Assembly: GCA_041674105.1 (NCBI GenBank)
Contig: JBAYWK010000004.1
Coordinates: 1 to 58,287, forward strand
From: Minisyncoccota bacterium
GTDB taxonomy: Bacteria; Patescibacteriota; Minisyncoccia; Phycocordibacterales; DATDWN01
Direction of reading: 5' to 3'
DNA length: 58,287 bases
Shown here: piece after piece, positions 8,524 to 18,920 of the stretch
Numbering within the stretch: position 1 is the first letter of the stretch
Layout of the letters: the number at the start of each line of letters is the position of its first letter
Translations under genes and position numbers: made by a program
The notes under the pieces: generated by a model
Database searches by the model: none
What the model was told of the DNA's origin: nothing
Seen by the model: the letters and a program-made list of their open reading frames with translations, nothing else

Positions 8524-11500
8524 ATGGAATACAAATTCACACATCTCCACACCCATTCTCACTATTCGTTGCTAAATGCACTACCTAAAATAGAAGACTT
8601 GGTAAAGGAAGCCAAGAAAAACAAAATGACCTCCTTGGCCCTGACCGACAACGGAAACTTGTATGGCGCTATAGAATTTTACAAAGAGTGTAAAAAAGAA
8701 GATATAAAACCTATCATAGGTGTAGACGCTTATGTAGCTTATAGAAGTAGATCTGATAAACAAACCGGAGTGGACAAAGAAAGGTACAGACTAGTATTGC
8801 TAGCAAAAAATGAAATTGGGTATAAGAATCTAATAAAACTTGTAACTTACAGCCATCTAGAAGGTTTCTACTATAAGCCAAGACTAGATAAAGAACTTTT
8901 GGAAAAATATAAGGAAGGACTTATAGCGATATCACCCTCATTTTCTGGCGACATTGTAAAAGCTCTAAGTATGTCAGATGAAGAAAAAGCAAGCGGGATG
9001 ACTGACTGGTACAGACAAATATTTGGAGAAGATTTCTATATAGAAATAACTCACCATCCAGAAATAAAAGGACACCAAGAAAAAATGAAAAAACTTGTTG
9101 AATTTAGTCGCAACGAAAAAATACCAATAGTTGCAAGTCAAGATGTTTATTATATTACTCCCGAAGATAGACCGGCCAGAGAAACCCTTTTGTCCATTCA
9201 ATCAAAAGGCGACATCTCAGACAGGATAGATAGCCAAGAAGAAGACTTTTCTTTCATAAGCACAAAGCTAGCAGAAAAATATTTTAAAGATATACCAGAA
9301 GCTTTAGAAAATAACGCTAAAATAGCAGAGATGTGCAATTTAGAAATTTCTCTAGGTGTATGGATGTTTCCAGAATATATAGTAGAAAGTGGCCTGTCAT
9401 ACGACGATGAACTTCGCCGTATAACATACGAAGGAGTAGAAAAAAGAGAAGTAAAAGACACAAAAGAACTGAGAGAAAGAGTTGACTACGAACTAAAGGT
9501 TATAAAAGATAAAGGTTATTCGCCTTACTTTTTAGTGGTATCTGATCTTCTTAGATTCGCCAAAGAGAATGAAATTCTTTCAAACATCAGAGGATCTGTC
9601 TCTGGTTCAATGGTCACATATCTTTCTGGGATTACAAACATAGACCCTCTTGAATACGAAATACCTTTTGAAAGATTTCTAAATCCCGATAGGCCAAGTG
9701 CACCAGATATAGATATGGACTTTGCCGACAACAGAAGGGACGAGGTTATAGAATATACGACCAAAAAATATGGTGCTGACAAAGTTGCTCAAATAGGAAC
9801 TTTTGGAACAATGGCCGCTCGTGGATCTGTAAGAGATGTCACCAGAGCTCTAGGTTTTCCTTATAGTTTAGGAGACAGTATAGCCAAATTAATTCCTATG
9901 GGAGCCCAAGGCTTTCCTATGACCATAGACAGAGCACTAAAAGAAGTTCCTGAACTGAAAGAAAGATACAAAGCCGAGTCAGATTTAAAAAAAATAATTG
10001 ATATGGCAAAAAAAATAGAAGGTTGTGCTCGCCACATGGGAGTTCATGCTGCTGGCGTGGTCATCTCTCCTGTTCCACTTACAGATGTTGTGCCCCTCCA
10101 GTACGACCCGAAAGGTGAAAATAAAATTATAACTCAATATGATATGTACTCTGTGGATGAAAATAATGCTGGCCTTTTAAAATTTGATTTCCTTGGTCTA
10201 AAAAACCTCTCAATTATTGCTGATGCCCTAAAACTTATAAAACACACAGAAAAAGTCTTTATAGATTTAGACAAAATGCCAGTGGATGACAAGAAAACTT
10301 TTGAAATGCTAGCAAAAGGAGGAACGAGTGATTTGTTTCAATTAAACGGTGAAGGTATGACAAAACACTTGATAGAACTAAAACCATCATCTATTCACGA
10401 CATAAATGCTATGGTTGCCCTTTATCGTCCCGGACCTATGCAATTTATACCAGATTACATAGAGAGAAAACACAATCCAAAACTTATAAAATATTTAGAC
10501 CCTGCACTTGAGCCAATTCTAAAAAAAACATACGGAGTTTTGGTTTACCAAGATGATCTCCTTATGATGGCCAATAAACTGGCTGGTTATACTTGGGGAG
10601 AAGTGGATAAATTTAGAAAAGCTGTCGGTAAAAAAATTCCAGAAGAAATGGCCAAACAAAAAGAAAAATTTATCCAAGGTTGTGTTGAATATTCAAAGTG
10701 GAGTCAGAAAAAAGCTGAGGAGATTTGGGGATGGATAGAACCTTTTGCTTCCTATGGTTTCAACAAAGCTCACTCAGTTTCCTATGGCCGAGTCGCCTAC
10801 CAAACAGCCTATTTAAAAGCAAACTTCCCTGCCGAATATATGGCTTCAGTTCTAACTCACGAATCTGGAGATACAGAAAAAGTAGCGAACTCAATCTATG
10901 AATGTAAGAGAATTGGCATATCTATACTTCCTCCAGATATAAATGAATCTTTTGCAGACTTTACTGTTATAAAAAAGAAAAATGAATCTGAAAGTGACTC
11001 TATAAGATTTGGGCTAAAAACCATAAAAAATTTCGGCGAAGGTATCGCTCTTTCAATAATAAACGAGAGAAAAGAAAAAGGGCCTTTTACATCTCTTTCA
11101 GATTTTCTTAAAAGAATCAAAGATAAAAATTTAAACAAGAAATCTTTAGAATCTTTAATAAAAGCTGGAGCGATGGACTCTTTTGGTTCTAGAGCTGATT
11201 TACTCTACAATCTAGACAGACTCCTAACCTTTAACAAAGAAGAAGTAAATGCAGTGAAAGCCCAAGATTCCCTCTTTGGTATTTTGCCAGAAACTTCTGT
11301 AGATGAAATAGAATTGGAATCAGCTGGAGTAGAAGATGTGTCAAACAATCTTCTGTGGGAAAAAGAACTTCTTGGTTTGTATATTTCTGGTCACCCTTTG
11401 GATGGTTTCAAAGACAAATTGGAGAAACGAAATTTAAACATCAAAAAATTGAAGGAAACTGGTAAAGAAAAACAACCCATTGTAATAGCAGGTATAATTG

Positions 11501-11718
11501 AAGATATCAAAAAAGTAATGACCAAAAAAGGCGATCAAATGGTTTTTGTTCGTATAGCTGATATGTCAGACTCCATAGAAGCAGTGATGTTTCCGAAAAT
11601 ATTTGAAGAATTTCAAGATATAGTCGCCCTAGAAAGTTGCATCGTGGTCAAAGGAAGTTTTTCTACTAGAAACGGTGGACAAAGCATAGTGGTAGATAAA
11701 GTGAAGGAGTTGGAGTAA
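8524..11718 (+). CDS. dnaE: DNA polymerase III alpha subunit
   Basis: 1064 aa; PHP domain (HLHTHSHYSLL), RGS, PDIDMDF catalytic motif, KFDFLGL, GFNKAHS and C-terminal OB fold. Confidence 0.97.
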   Translation: MEYKFTHLHTHSHYSLLNALPKIEDLVKEAKKNKMTSLALTDNGNLYGAIEFYKECKKEDIKPIIGVDAYVAYRSRSDKQTGVDKERYRLVLLAKNEIGYKNLIKLVTYSHLEGFYYKPRLDKELLEKYKEGLIAISPSFSGDIVKALSMSDEEKASGMTDWYRQIFGEDFYIEITHHPEIKGHQEKMKKLVEFSRNEKIPIVASQDVYYITPEDRPARETLLSIQSKGDISDRIDSQEEDFSFISTKLAEKYFKDIPEALENNAKIAEMCNLEISLGVWMFPEYIVESGLSYDDELRRITYEGVEKREVKDTKELRERVDYELKVIKDKGYSPYFLVVSDLLRFAKENEILSNIRGSVSGSMVTYLSGITNIDPLEYEIPFERFLNPDRPSAPDIDMDFADNRRDEVIEYTTKKYGADKVAQIGTFGTMAARGSVRDVTRALGFPYSLGDSIAKLIPMGAQGFPMTIDRALKEVPELKERYKAESDLKKIIDMAKKIEGCARHMGVHAAGVVISPVPLTDVVPLQYDPKGENKIITQYDMYSVDENNAGLLKFDFLGLKNLSIIADALKLIKHTEKVFIDLDKMPVDDKKTFEMLAKGGTSDLFQLNGEGMTKHLIELKPSSIHDINAMVALYRPGPMQFIPDYIERKHNPKLIKYLDPALEPILKKTYGVLVYQDDLLMMANKLAGYTWGEVDKFRKAVGKKIPEEMAKQKEKFIQGCVEYSKWSQKKAEEIWGWIEPFASYGFNKAHSVSYGRVAYQTAYLKANFPAEYMASVLTHESGDTEKVANSIYECKRIGISILPPDINESFADFTVIKKKNESESDSIRFGLKTIKNFGEGIALSIINERKEKGPFTSLSDFLKRIKDKNLNKKSLESLIKAGAMDSFGSRADLLYNLDRLLTFNKEEVNAVKAQDSLFGILPETSVDEIELESAGVEDVSNNLLWEKELLGLYISGHPLDGFKDKLEKRNLNIKKLKETGKEKQPIVIAGIIEDIKKVMTKKGDQMVFVRIADMSDSIEAVMFPKIFEEFQDIVALESCIVVKGSFSTRNGGQSIVVDKVKELE

Positions 11719-11843
11719 GTTTGTTTTAAAACAATTATCAATAAAAATTAGACTTAATCTAAATTAACAAAACCCTCATCTATAATTTCACTCGATTTGA
11801 TATTTATTCCATTTCACCAAAAAACCTGATATCCTATTGTTAT

Positions 11844-13067
11844 ATGGAAAAAAACGAAATGGATAAAAATGATCATAGGATCATAGGTAAAGAACAGGAT
11901 TTGTTTATATTTTCTGATTTAGTTGGACCAGGACTTCCTTTATGGACGCCAAAAGGAAATGTACTGAGAGAAGAACTAGATAAATTTGTTTGGCAACTTA
12001 GATCAAAATATGAATATAGCAGAGTAACAATTCCTCATATAACCAAACGAGATCTCTATCAAAAGTCAGGACATTGGGACAAATTTTCTGATGAATTATT
12101 TCGCATAACTTCAAGAGAGGGAAAAGAATATGCCTTGAAACCTATGAACTGTCCTCATCATACTCAGATATTTGCAAGAAAAATCCATTCTTATAGAGAA
12201 ATGCCACAAAGATATGCAGAGACAACTATGGTTTATAGAGACGAGCAGTCTGGAGAACTCGGTGGATTGACTAGAGTATTGTCAATTACACAAGATGATT
12301 CTCATGTATTCTGTAGGACATCACAAATAAAAAGTGAGTTTCTAAATATCTGGGATATCGTTGATTCGTTCTATAAAACTTTTGGATTTACATTGACCGT
12401 AAGACTTTCTTTTAGAGACCCAAAAGAGCCAGAAAAATATCTAGGAACAAAAGAAATATGGGATACTGCAGAAAATGAATTGAGAGAAATCGCACAAGAG
12501 CGTGGAGCAAGTTTTTTTGAAGGACCAGGAGAAGCAGCTCTTTATGGACCAAAACTTGATTTTATGGCAAAAAACTCTGCGGGCAGAGAGTGGCAAGTAG
12601 CAACTATCCAACTAGATATGAACTTACCTGAAAGGTTTGATTTATCGTGTATAAATGAAAAAGGAGAAAAAGAAAGAATTGTCATGATTCATTCTGCTAT
12701 TACAGGATCCATTGAAAGAAGCGCGGCTATTTTGATAGAACATTACGAAGGTAGTTTCCCTCTATGGATTTCTCCCGTCCAAGTCAAAGTTTTACCTGTC
12801 AGAGAAAATCACAATGAATATGCCAAAAAAGTATTCCAAACTCTAAGAGATAAAGACATTAGAGTAGAAATAGACAATGAGGATGAAAATCTTGGATCAA
12901 AAGTTAGGAAAGCTAAAACAGAAAAAGTTCCTTATTGGATTGTTATTGGAGATAAGGAGATGGAAAGTGGTAAACTGGCACTAGAAGGGAGATCCGGGGA
13001 AAAATCCGAAGTGACAATAGATGAAACAATCTCAAAATTCCTAGAAGAAATAAAACTAAAGAAATAA
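11844..13067 (+). CDS. thrS: Threonyl-tRNA synthetase, short form lacking the N-terminal TGS/editing domains
   Basis: KPMNCPHH, YRDEQSGELGGLTRV, QDDSHVFC, AALYGPKLDF, TIQLD, HSAITGSIER; C-terminal anticodon-binding domain. Confidence 0.95.
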   Translation: MEKNEMDKNDHRIIGKEQDLFIFSDLVGPGLPLWTPKGNVLREELDKFVWQLRSKYEYSRVTIPHITKRDLYQKSGHWDKFSDELFRITSREGKEYALKPMNCPHHTQIFARKIHSYREMPQRYAETTMVYRDEQSGELGGLTRVLSITQDDSHVFCRTSQIKSEFLNIWDIVDSFYKTFGFTLTVRLSFRDPKEPEKYLGTKEIWDTAENELREIAQERGASFFEGPGEAALYGPKLDFMAKNSAGREWQVATIQLDMNLPERFDLSCINEKGEKERIVMIHSAITGSIERSAAILIEHYEGSFPLWISPVQVKVLPVRENHNEYAKKVFQTLRDKDIRVEIDNEDENLGSKVRKAKTEKVPYWIVIGDKEMESGKLALEGRSGEKSEVTIDETISKFLEEIKLKK

Positions 13068-13068
13068 T

Positions 13069-13302
13069 ATGTCTACAAAAAAACTTTACAAAAGCAAAAC
13101 AAACAAAGTCATATCTGGAGTAGTAGGTGGACTCGGTGAATATTTTGATACTGACCCTGTAATACTTAGACTTGGTTACTTGATTATAGTAATAGCCACA
13201 GGCGTAATTCCTGGGATATTTGCGTATATAATAGCTTCAATGATTGTCCCAGAAAAACCTCATCACAAAGAAGCTGGATTTACAGAAACTCCAAAAAACT
13301 AA
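13069..13302 (+). CDS. PspC domain membrane protein
   Basis: KKLYKSKTNKVISGVVGGLGEYFDTDPVILRL...YIIASMIVP. Confidence 0.88.
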   Translation: MSTKKLYKSKTNKVISGVVGGLGEYFDTDPVILRLGYLIIVIATGVIPGIFAYIIASMIVPEKPHHKEAGFTETPKN

Positions 13303-13335
13303 AAAAGACCGCTTGCTTTCGCAGGCGGTTTTTTT
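13303..13335. terminator. Bidirectional intrinsic terminator between convergent pspC and HIT genes
   Basis: aaaaag-accgcttgc-tttc-gcaggcggt-ttttttt. Confidence 0.75.
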
Positions 13336-13765
13336 ACAAATTATCTTTAATCAATTGTGATATGGCTTTTAGTTCTTCCCCTGGACTTTCTTCTCTACTT
13401 CCAGGACGATACAAAAACTTTCTTGGTTCATATTCCGTAATACCCTCGTCACCCTCTTTTCTCGGTAAAAGATGAAGGTGAAAATGCGGTACTGATTGTC
13501 CTGCACTTTTTCCTTCATTCCATGCGATATTAAAATCTTCAGCTCCGAAAGTTTTAGTCAAAGCAAGCTTTAAACTATTTGCGAGATCAAATATTGCATC
13601 CACTTCTTCCTTATCTAAATCTTCAAATTTAGCTACACACCTTTTGGGCACAATGAGAACATGCCCAGGCACAATAGGAATATTTGTTGGAAAAGCCCAA
13701 GCAAAATCATTGCTTACAATCTCTCTTTGTCGTATTTCAGGTATTTCACAAAAAGCACATTTCAT
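13334..13765 (-). CDS. HIT family hydrolase
   Basis: MKCAFC start, PGHVLIVPK, AGQSVPHFHLHLLPR histidine triad. Confidence 0.92.
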   Translation of the reverse strand: MKCAFCEIPEIRQREIVSNDFAWAFPTNIPIVPGHVLIVPKRCVAKFEDLDKEEVDAIFDLANSLKLALTKTFGAEDFNIAWNEGKSAGQSVPHFHLHLLPRKEGDEGITEYEPRKFLYRPGSREESPGEELKAISQLIKDNL

Positions 13766-13803
13766 AATAATTTCCTCTTAATAGATGATACTAAAAAAAA
13801 TAA

Positions 13804-15900
13804 CTAGATATCAAGACTGGCTTTAGTAGCGTTCGACTGTATAAAAGATTTCCTACTTGGAACATCTGTTCCCATCAAGACATCAAACACCTTATCAGCA
13901 GCAACACTATCCTCCACAGTCACTTGTTTCAACACTCTTCTCTCTGGATCCATAGTAGTTTCCCAAAGTTCTTCTGCGTTCATTTCTCCGAGACCTTTGT
14001 ACCTTTGTATTGAAAACTTAGCTGGAGTTTTTTTGTCGTCCTTTTTTCCTTTTTTCTTGTCTGTATCTTCTTCTTCGCTCTCCTCAGCTTCTTCATTTTC
14101 TGAAACCTCTTCAACTATTTCATCTTCTTTTACTTCTTTGCCCACTATTTTATCTCTCTCTTCATCAGAATAAGCATAAAAAACCTCCTTACCCCTTTTT
14201 ACTTTAAATAGTGGTGGTAGAGCAATATAAATAAAACCACCATCTATAAGAGGCCTAAAAAATCTATATAGCAAAGTCAAAATAAGAGTACGAATATGAG
14301 AACCATCGACATCGGCATCTGTCGCAATGATTATCTTGTGATATCTCAGTTTTGAAATATCAAAGGTATCTCCTATGGCTGTTCCTAGAGCCACAACCAA
14401 GTTTCTTATTTGCTCAGATTCAAGCATCCTATCAAGTCTGGCTCTTTCAATATTTAAAATCTTTCCCCTGAGTGGCAAAATAGCCTGAGTCCTTCTGTCG
14501 CGTCCTGTCTTGGCTGTACCTCCAGCAGAGTCTCCCTCCACAATAAAGAGTTCTGAATCCTCGGCACTTTTACTCTGACAGTCTGAAAGTTTCCCAGGTA
14601 AAGTGATTCCTTCTAAAGCACCCTTTCTCAAAACAGAATCTTTGGCTGCCTTGGCCGCTTTACGAGCCTTTAGAGCAAGTAATACTTTATTTATTATAGC
14701 TTTTGCATCATCTGGGTTTTCTTCAAGAAAATATGTAAAGGCTTCAGAAAAGACTGTGTTCACAGAACTTTGAGCTTCTACAGTACCGAGTTTGGCTTTT
14801 GTTTGACCTTCAAATTGAACCTCTTGAAGTTTTACCGAAATAACAGCAGTCAAACCCTCCAAGACATCATCTCCTGTAAAGTTATCCTCACTTTCTTTTA
14901 TTAAATTATTTTTTCTAGCATAAGTGTTTAAAGTTCTAGTCAAAGCTGTTTTGAAACCAGTAACATGAGTTCCACCTTCTGAGTTATAGATATTGTTTGC
15001 AAAAGGTAATATACGAGAAGATATATCATCTACATATTGGAGTGATACCTCCACAGACTCATACTCATTTGTTTTCTTTTCTACATAAAAAACATTTTTG
15101 TGTATTGGTTTTAAAGAGTGTGTATAAAATTTAACCAGAGATAGAAGACCTCCTTCAAAATAAAAAGACATCCTGGGCAAATCCAAACCAAGATCAGAAA
15201 TAAAGAAAGATTCATCTTCTTTTATTTTTCCTGTGTATAATCTAGCATCTATAATAGTGATCCTTAATCCTTTTACCAAATAAGCTTGCTGACGAAGATG
15301 GGAAACAACCCTTTCAAAATCAAACTCTACTGATTGGAAAATAGACTTGTCTGGTTCAAAAACCACCACAGTACCAGTATTTTTTGTAGAACCAACTTTT
15401 TTGACAGATGCCTTTTTCTTTCCAATAGAATATTCTTGCATATAAACACCTCCTTCTTTATGAACACTGACTCTACAATAGGTAGACAAAGCATTTACTA
15501 CAGATGCTCCCACTCCGTGAAGACCGCCAGAAACTTTATAACCACCTTCTTCTCCACCAAATTTTCCTCCGGCATGAAGAGTTGTCATAATAGTTTCCAG
15601 AGCTGAAACTTTTGTCTGCTTGTGAACATCTACAGGAATACCACGGCCATTGTCTGTAACTCTTATACGATTTTCAGGTAGCAAAACAACCTCTATCTGA
15701 TTGGCAAAACCACCCATAGCCTCGTCTCTTGAGTTATCAAAAATTTCCCAAATAAGATGGTGGAGACCATCTGGACCAGTTGTACCAATATACATTCCAG
15801 GACGCTTTCTAACAGGCTCTAATCCCTCTAGAATCTGTATTGCATCCGCTCCGTAGGAGTCTTTCTTTGCTGTCTTTTTTACCTTTTCTTCTTTGGCCAT
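13804..15900 (-). CDS. gyrB: DNA gyrase subunit B
   Basis: EPVRKRPGMYIG, DNGRGIP, GGLHGVG, EGDSAGG, PLRGKILN, TDADVDGSHI, QRYKGLGEMN. Confidence 0.95.
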   Translation of the reverse strand: MAKEEKVKKTAKKDSYGADAIQILEGLEPVRKRPGMYIGTTGPDGLHHLIWEIFDNSRDEAMGGFANQIEVVLLPENRIRVTDNGRGIPVDVHKQTKVSALETIMTTLHAGGKFGGEEGGYKVSGGLHGVGASVVNALSTYCRVSVHKEGGVYMQEYSIGKKKASVKKVGSTKNTGTVVVFEPDKSIFQSVEFDFERVVSHLRQQAYLVKGLRITIIDARLYTGKIKEDESFFISDLGLDLPRMSFYFEGGLLSLVKFYTHSLKPIHKNVFYVEKKTNEYESVEVSLQYVDDISSRILPFANNIYNSEGGTHVTGFKTALTRTLNTYARKNNLIKESEDNFTGDDVLEGLTAVISVKLQEVQFEGQTKAKLGTVEAQSSVNTVFSEAFTYFLEENPDDAKAIINKVLLALKARKAAKAAKDSVLRKGALEGITLPGKLSDCQSKSAEDSELFIVEGDSAGGTAKTGRDRRTQAILPLRGKILNIERARLDRMLESEQIRNLVVALGTAIGDTFDISKLRYHKIIIATDADVDGSHIRTLILTLLYRFFRPLIDGGFIYIALPPLFKVKRGKEVFYAYSDEERDKIVGKEVKEDEIVEEVSENEEAEESEEEDTDKKKGKKDDKKTPAKFSIQRYKGLGEMNAEELWETTMDPERRVLKQVTVEDSVAADKVFDVLMGTDVPSRKSFIQSNATKASLDI

Positions 15901-15961
15901 ATAGACCTAATTATAACAAATCCAAAGCAAAAAAACAAAGCTTTTTTAACTAATTTTGTAT

Positions 15962-16061
15962 AAAAAAAGCGGCTAATAACTTAAGGTCTACTAGCCGCTC
16001 AAAGCGTAATTCCTCACAAGGAGGAGGTAACAAGCACCATGAGCATTGGTGTTCTTGTCTA
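15962..16061 (-). ncRNA. Candidate ~100-nt small RNA with its own -10 box, a 5' hairpin, an anti-SD tract and an intrinsic terminator
   Basis: Minus strand: TATAAT (16068-16073), hairpin ACAAG..CACCA/TGGTG-CTTGT, ACCTCCTCCTT (16018-16028), then AGCGGCTA..TAGCCGCT-T7 (15962-15999). Confidence 0.4.
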
Positions 16062-16171
16062 CCATTTATTATATCACAAAAAAGTATATCTTGTAAATAT
16101 AGGTTTTAGACAGTCAAAAATAGAGCCTTAAACATTGATTTTTTAATATTTATAGGTAAACTTTAAAATAT

Positions 16172-17374
16172 ATGAAAATAGAAGAACTTTACAGCTCCAA
16201 AGACCTGAAAAATAAAAACTACAAAATAGACAACTCGGAGGAAAAAGGACTTATAGAAATTTTAGAGAAAAGAGAAGACATAGAGGCAGAAAGAATAAAA
16301 AGATATCTGGGAATGAAGGATTTGTCTAGAAAAGAAGATAGCCCCCTATTTGAAATAATACAAAGAGTAAAAAACCTACCAACTTTCAAAAATTTTGATT
16401 CAGTAGAAATTCCAGAAATAGTTCCTGCTTCTGAAAGTTTTGACTTATTCAACTTCCCACCAGAGCATCCAGCCAGAAGTAAATCTGACACCTACTATGT
16501 AGACCAAAAAAATATACTTAGACCCCACACCACAGTAATGTGGTACTACTACCTAAATCTTCCGGAAATTAAAGAAAGAATAAATAAAGAAGAATCTATC
16601 GGTGTTATAAGTTATGGAAAAGTTTACAGAAAAGACGAAATAGATAGAAGACATATGAACATATTTCATCAGATAGATGGCCTGTTTTTGTGTTCAAAAG
16701 AAAACCACAAAATAGAACAGGAAGACTTGAAAAATGTTTTGGTCTCTGTAGCTCAGGGTGTTTTTGGTAAAGATATTAAATACAGGTTTAATCCAGACAC
16801 CTTTCCTTATACTCATTCCAGTTTAGAGATGGAGGTTGATAAAAACAGTCTAAATGACGCAAAAGAAGAGGAAGAGTGGGTAGAAGTCTTGGGAGCCGGA
16901 ATAGTTGAACCTAAAGTTTTGGAAAAACTGGGTATAGATGGAGAAAAATATAATGGATGGGCTTTTGGCTTTGGTCTAGAAAGACTGGCTATTATAAGTA
17001 TGGAGCTCCCTGATATAAGACTTTTATGGTCAGAAGACCTTAGAGTCATAAAACAACTCAAGCTTGGTAATAAATTTAATGAAGTTTCAAAATATCCTCC
17101 AATAGTTAGAGACATCTCTTTCATCGTTTCCAAAGACTTTATACCGAATAACTACTTTGACTTAGTCAGAGATGTTATTGGAGACTTATCCGAAGAAGTA
17201 TCTCTCTTGGATAAATATGAAAATGAAGAAAAATTTGGAAAAGGCAATGTAAGCTATGCCTATAGGATCACCTACAGATCACTTGATAGAACTCTAAAAG
17301 ATGAAGAAATAAATGACCTCCATAAAAAATTAGAAGAAATCACAGCCAAAACTTTTAACGCAAAGATTAGATAG
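16172..17374 (+). CDS. pheS: Phenylalanyl-tRNA synthetase, single-chain organelle type (PheS catalytic domain plus FDX-ACB anticodon-binding domain)
   Basis: HPARSKSDTYY, LRPHTT, VYRKDEIDRRHMNIFHQ, FPYTHSSLEME, GWAFGFGLERLA, then SKYPPIVRDISF...YRITYRSLDRTL (FDX-ACB). Confidence 0.92.
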   Translation: MKIEELYSSKDLKNKNYKIDNSEEKGLIEILEKREDIEAERIKRYLGMKDLSRKEDSPLFEIIQRVKNLPTFKNFDSVEIPEIVPASESFDLFNFPPEHPARSKSDTYYVDQKNILRPHTTVMWYYYLNLPEIKERINKEESIGVISYGKVYRKDEIDRRHMNIFHQIDGLFLCSKENHKIEQEDLKNVLVSVAQGVFGKDIKYRFNPDTFPYTHSSLEMEVDKNSLNDAKEEEEWVEVLGAGIVEPKVLEKLGIDGEKYNGWAFGFGLERLAIISMELPDIRLLWSEDLRVIKQLKLGNKFNEVSKYPPIVRDISFIVSKDFIPNNYFDLVRDVIGDLSEEVSLLDKYENEEKFGKGNVSYAYRITYRSLDRTLKDEEINDLHKKLEEITAKTFNAKIR

Positions 17375-17591
17375 ATTCTCCTACATAAACAAACCTTGGC
17401 ACTTTTTGACCCTCTATTTCAACAATATCTTCAAACATAGAAACCGGTCTAGCCCAAAATTTTGACATTTTATTGTCATAAAGAGCTTCATACACCACCA
17501 TATCCTCTAAAATTTCTGTGTGTTTAGCAATAAAATGAACTCTATATAAGTTACCCTTTTTTGAATGCTTATAAATACCTGTTTTTATCAT
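17367..17591 (-). CDS. DUF1653-like small protein
   Basis: GIYKHSKKGNLY...HTE...MVVYEALY...WARPVSMF...VPRF pattern. Confidence 0.85.
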   Translation of the reverse strand: MIKTGIYKHSKKGNLYRVHFIAKHTEILEDMVVYEALYDNKMSKFWARPVSMFEDIVEIEGQKVPRFVYVGESI

Positions 17592-17668
17592 AATAATCTA
17601 ATTATATTATAGATTTGTAAAAAACCGAATTTTGTAATATTATAGGGTTGACAAAACCTTAGTTAATT

Positions 17669-18916
17669 ATGCTAGAAATATCAAACGCCGTAACCTATGT
17701 CTTTTTGTTCATCTCACTATATTTTGAGGTTTTTTTGCTAATCACCTATTTTGAAAACAGGACAGATATGAAAAAAGAGACTCAAAACTTATTTGAAAAA
17801 AAACTTAAAAAATTCCCTACAGTTACAATAATAGTTCCTTGCTGGAATGAAGAAAAAACTATAACAAAAACACTAAACTCTCTCCTAAATCTAGACTACC
17901 CAAAAAATAAATTATCCATAATGATTATAGACGATGGTTCTACTGACAATACCTGGAACGTTATACAGAAGTTTAAAAACAAAAAACAGATTCAAATGTT
18001 TAGAAAAGAAAACGGAGGTAAATACACCGCCTTAAACTTTGGTCTATCTCGTGTTCAAAGTGAATTAATCGGATGTCTAGACGCAGATTCATACGTACAC
18101 AAAGACGCTCTAAAAAATATAATTTATTATTTTGAAGATAAAGAAACAATGTCTGTCACTCCTTCTGTTAAGGTCTGGAAACCAAAGAAAATAATCCAAA
18201 TGATCCAAAAAGTAGAGTATGATTGGGGTGTATTTATAAGAAAAATGTTTTCATATCTAGGGGCTATTTATGTAACACCAGGACCATTCTCCATATTTAG
18301 AAAAGAAGTTTTTGAAAACTTAGGTGGTTATAGACACGCCTACCAGACCGAAGATATGGAACTAGCTGTTAGAATGCAGTCAAACCACTACAAGATAGTC
18401 AATGCACACGAAGCGGTAGTCTACACAGTAGCTCCGGACACAGTCAAAAAACTATACAAGCAAAGATTGCGTTGGACTTATGGTTTTATTAAAAATGTCA
18501 TAGACTATAAACACCTCTTCAAAAGAGAATATGGAAACTTAGGTATCTTCGTACTTCCTCTAGCTAGTATATCTATAGTATCTGCTCTATATATCATCTC
18601 TATAGCTATCATAAATCTAGCATTTCAAATATTTGATTTCTATTCAAAATGGAGTGCTATTGGTTTTGAGCTAACTAAACCTCACTTAAACTTTGACTGG
18701 TTCTTTATAAATACTAGTTTTATGACCATTATAAGTATTGTTAGTTTTATGGGCATATTAGCGTTACTTTTCATCGCAAGAAAGATGGCAGAAAAGAAAT
18801 TTGCTTTTAGTATGGATTTGGTGTACTTTTTAACCCTATATGCGTTTATATCACCCCTATGGATGTTTAAGGCCGTATATAACGCTATATTCTCTGTAAA
18901 AACCTACTGGAGATAA
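17669..18916 (+). CDS. Processive GT2 glycosyltransferase (PgaC/IcaA/cellulose synthase-like)
   Basis: DDGSTD, GGKYTALN, DADS, TEDME and QRLRW motifs; one N-terminal and several C-terminal TM helices. Confidence 0.88.
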   Translation: MLEISNAVTYVFLFISLYFEVFLLITYFENRTDMKKETQNLFEKKLKKFPTVTIIVPCWNEEKTITKTLNSLLNLDYPKNKLSIMIIDDGSTDNTWNVIQKFKNKKQIQMFRKENGGKYTALNFGLSRVQSELIGCLDADSYVHKDALKNIIYYFEDKETMSVTPSVKVWKPKKIIQMIQKVEYDWGVFIRKMFSYLGAIYVTPGPFSIFRKEVFENLGGYRHAYQTEDMELAVRMQSNHYKIVNAHEAVVYTVAPDTVKKLYKQRLRWTYGFIKNVIDYKHLFKREYGNLGIFVLPLASISIVSALYIISIAIINLAFQIFDFYSKWSAIGFELTKPHLNFDWFFINTSFMTIISIVSFMGILALLFIARKMAEKKFAFSMDLVYFLTLYAFISPLWMFKAVYNAIFSVKTYWR

Positions 18917-18920
18917 AGAT

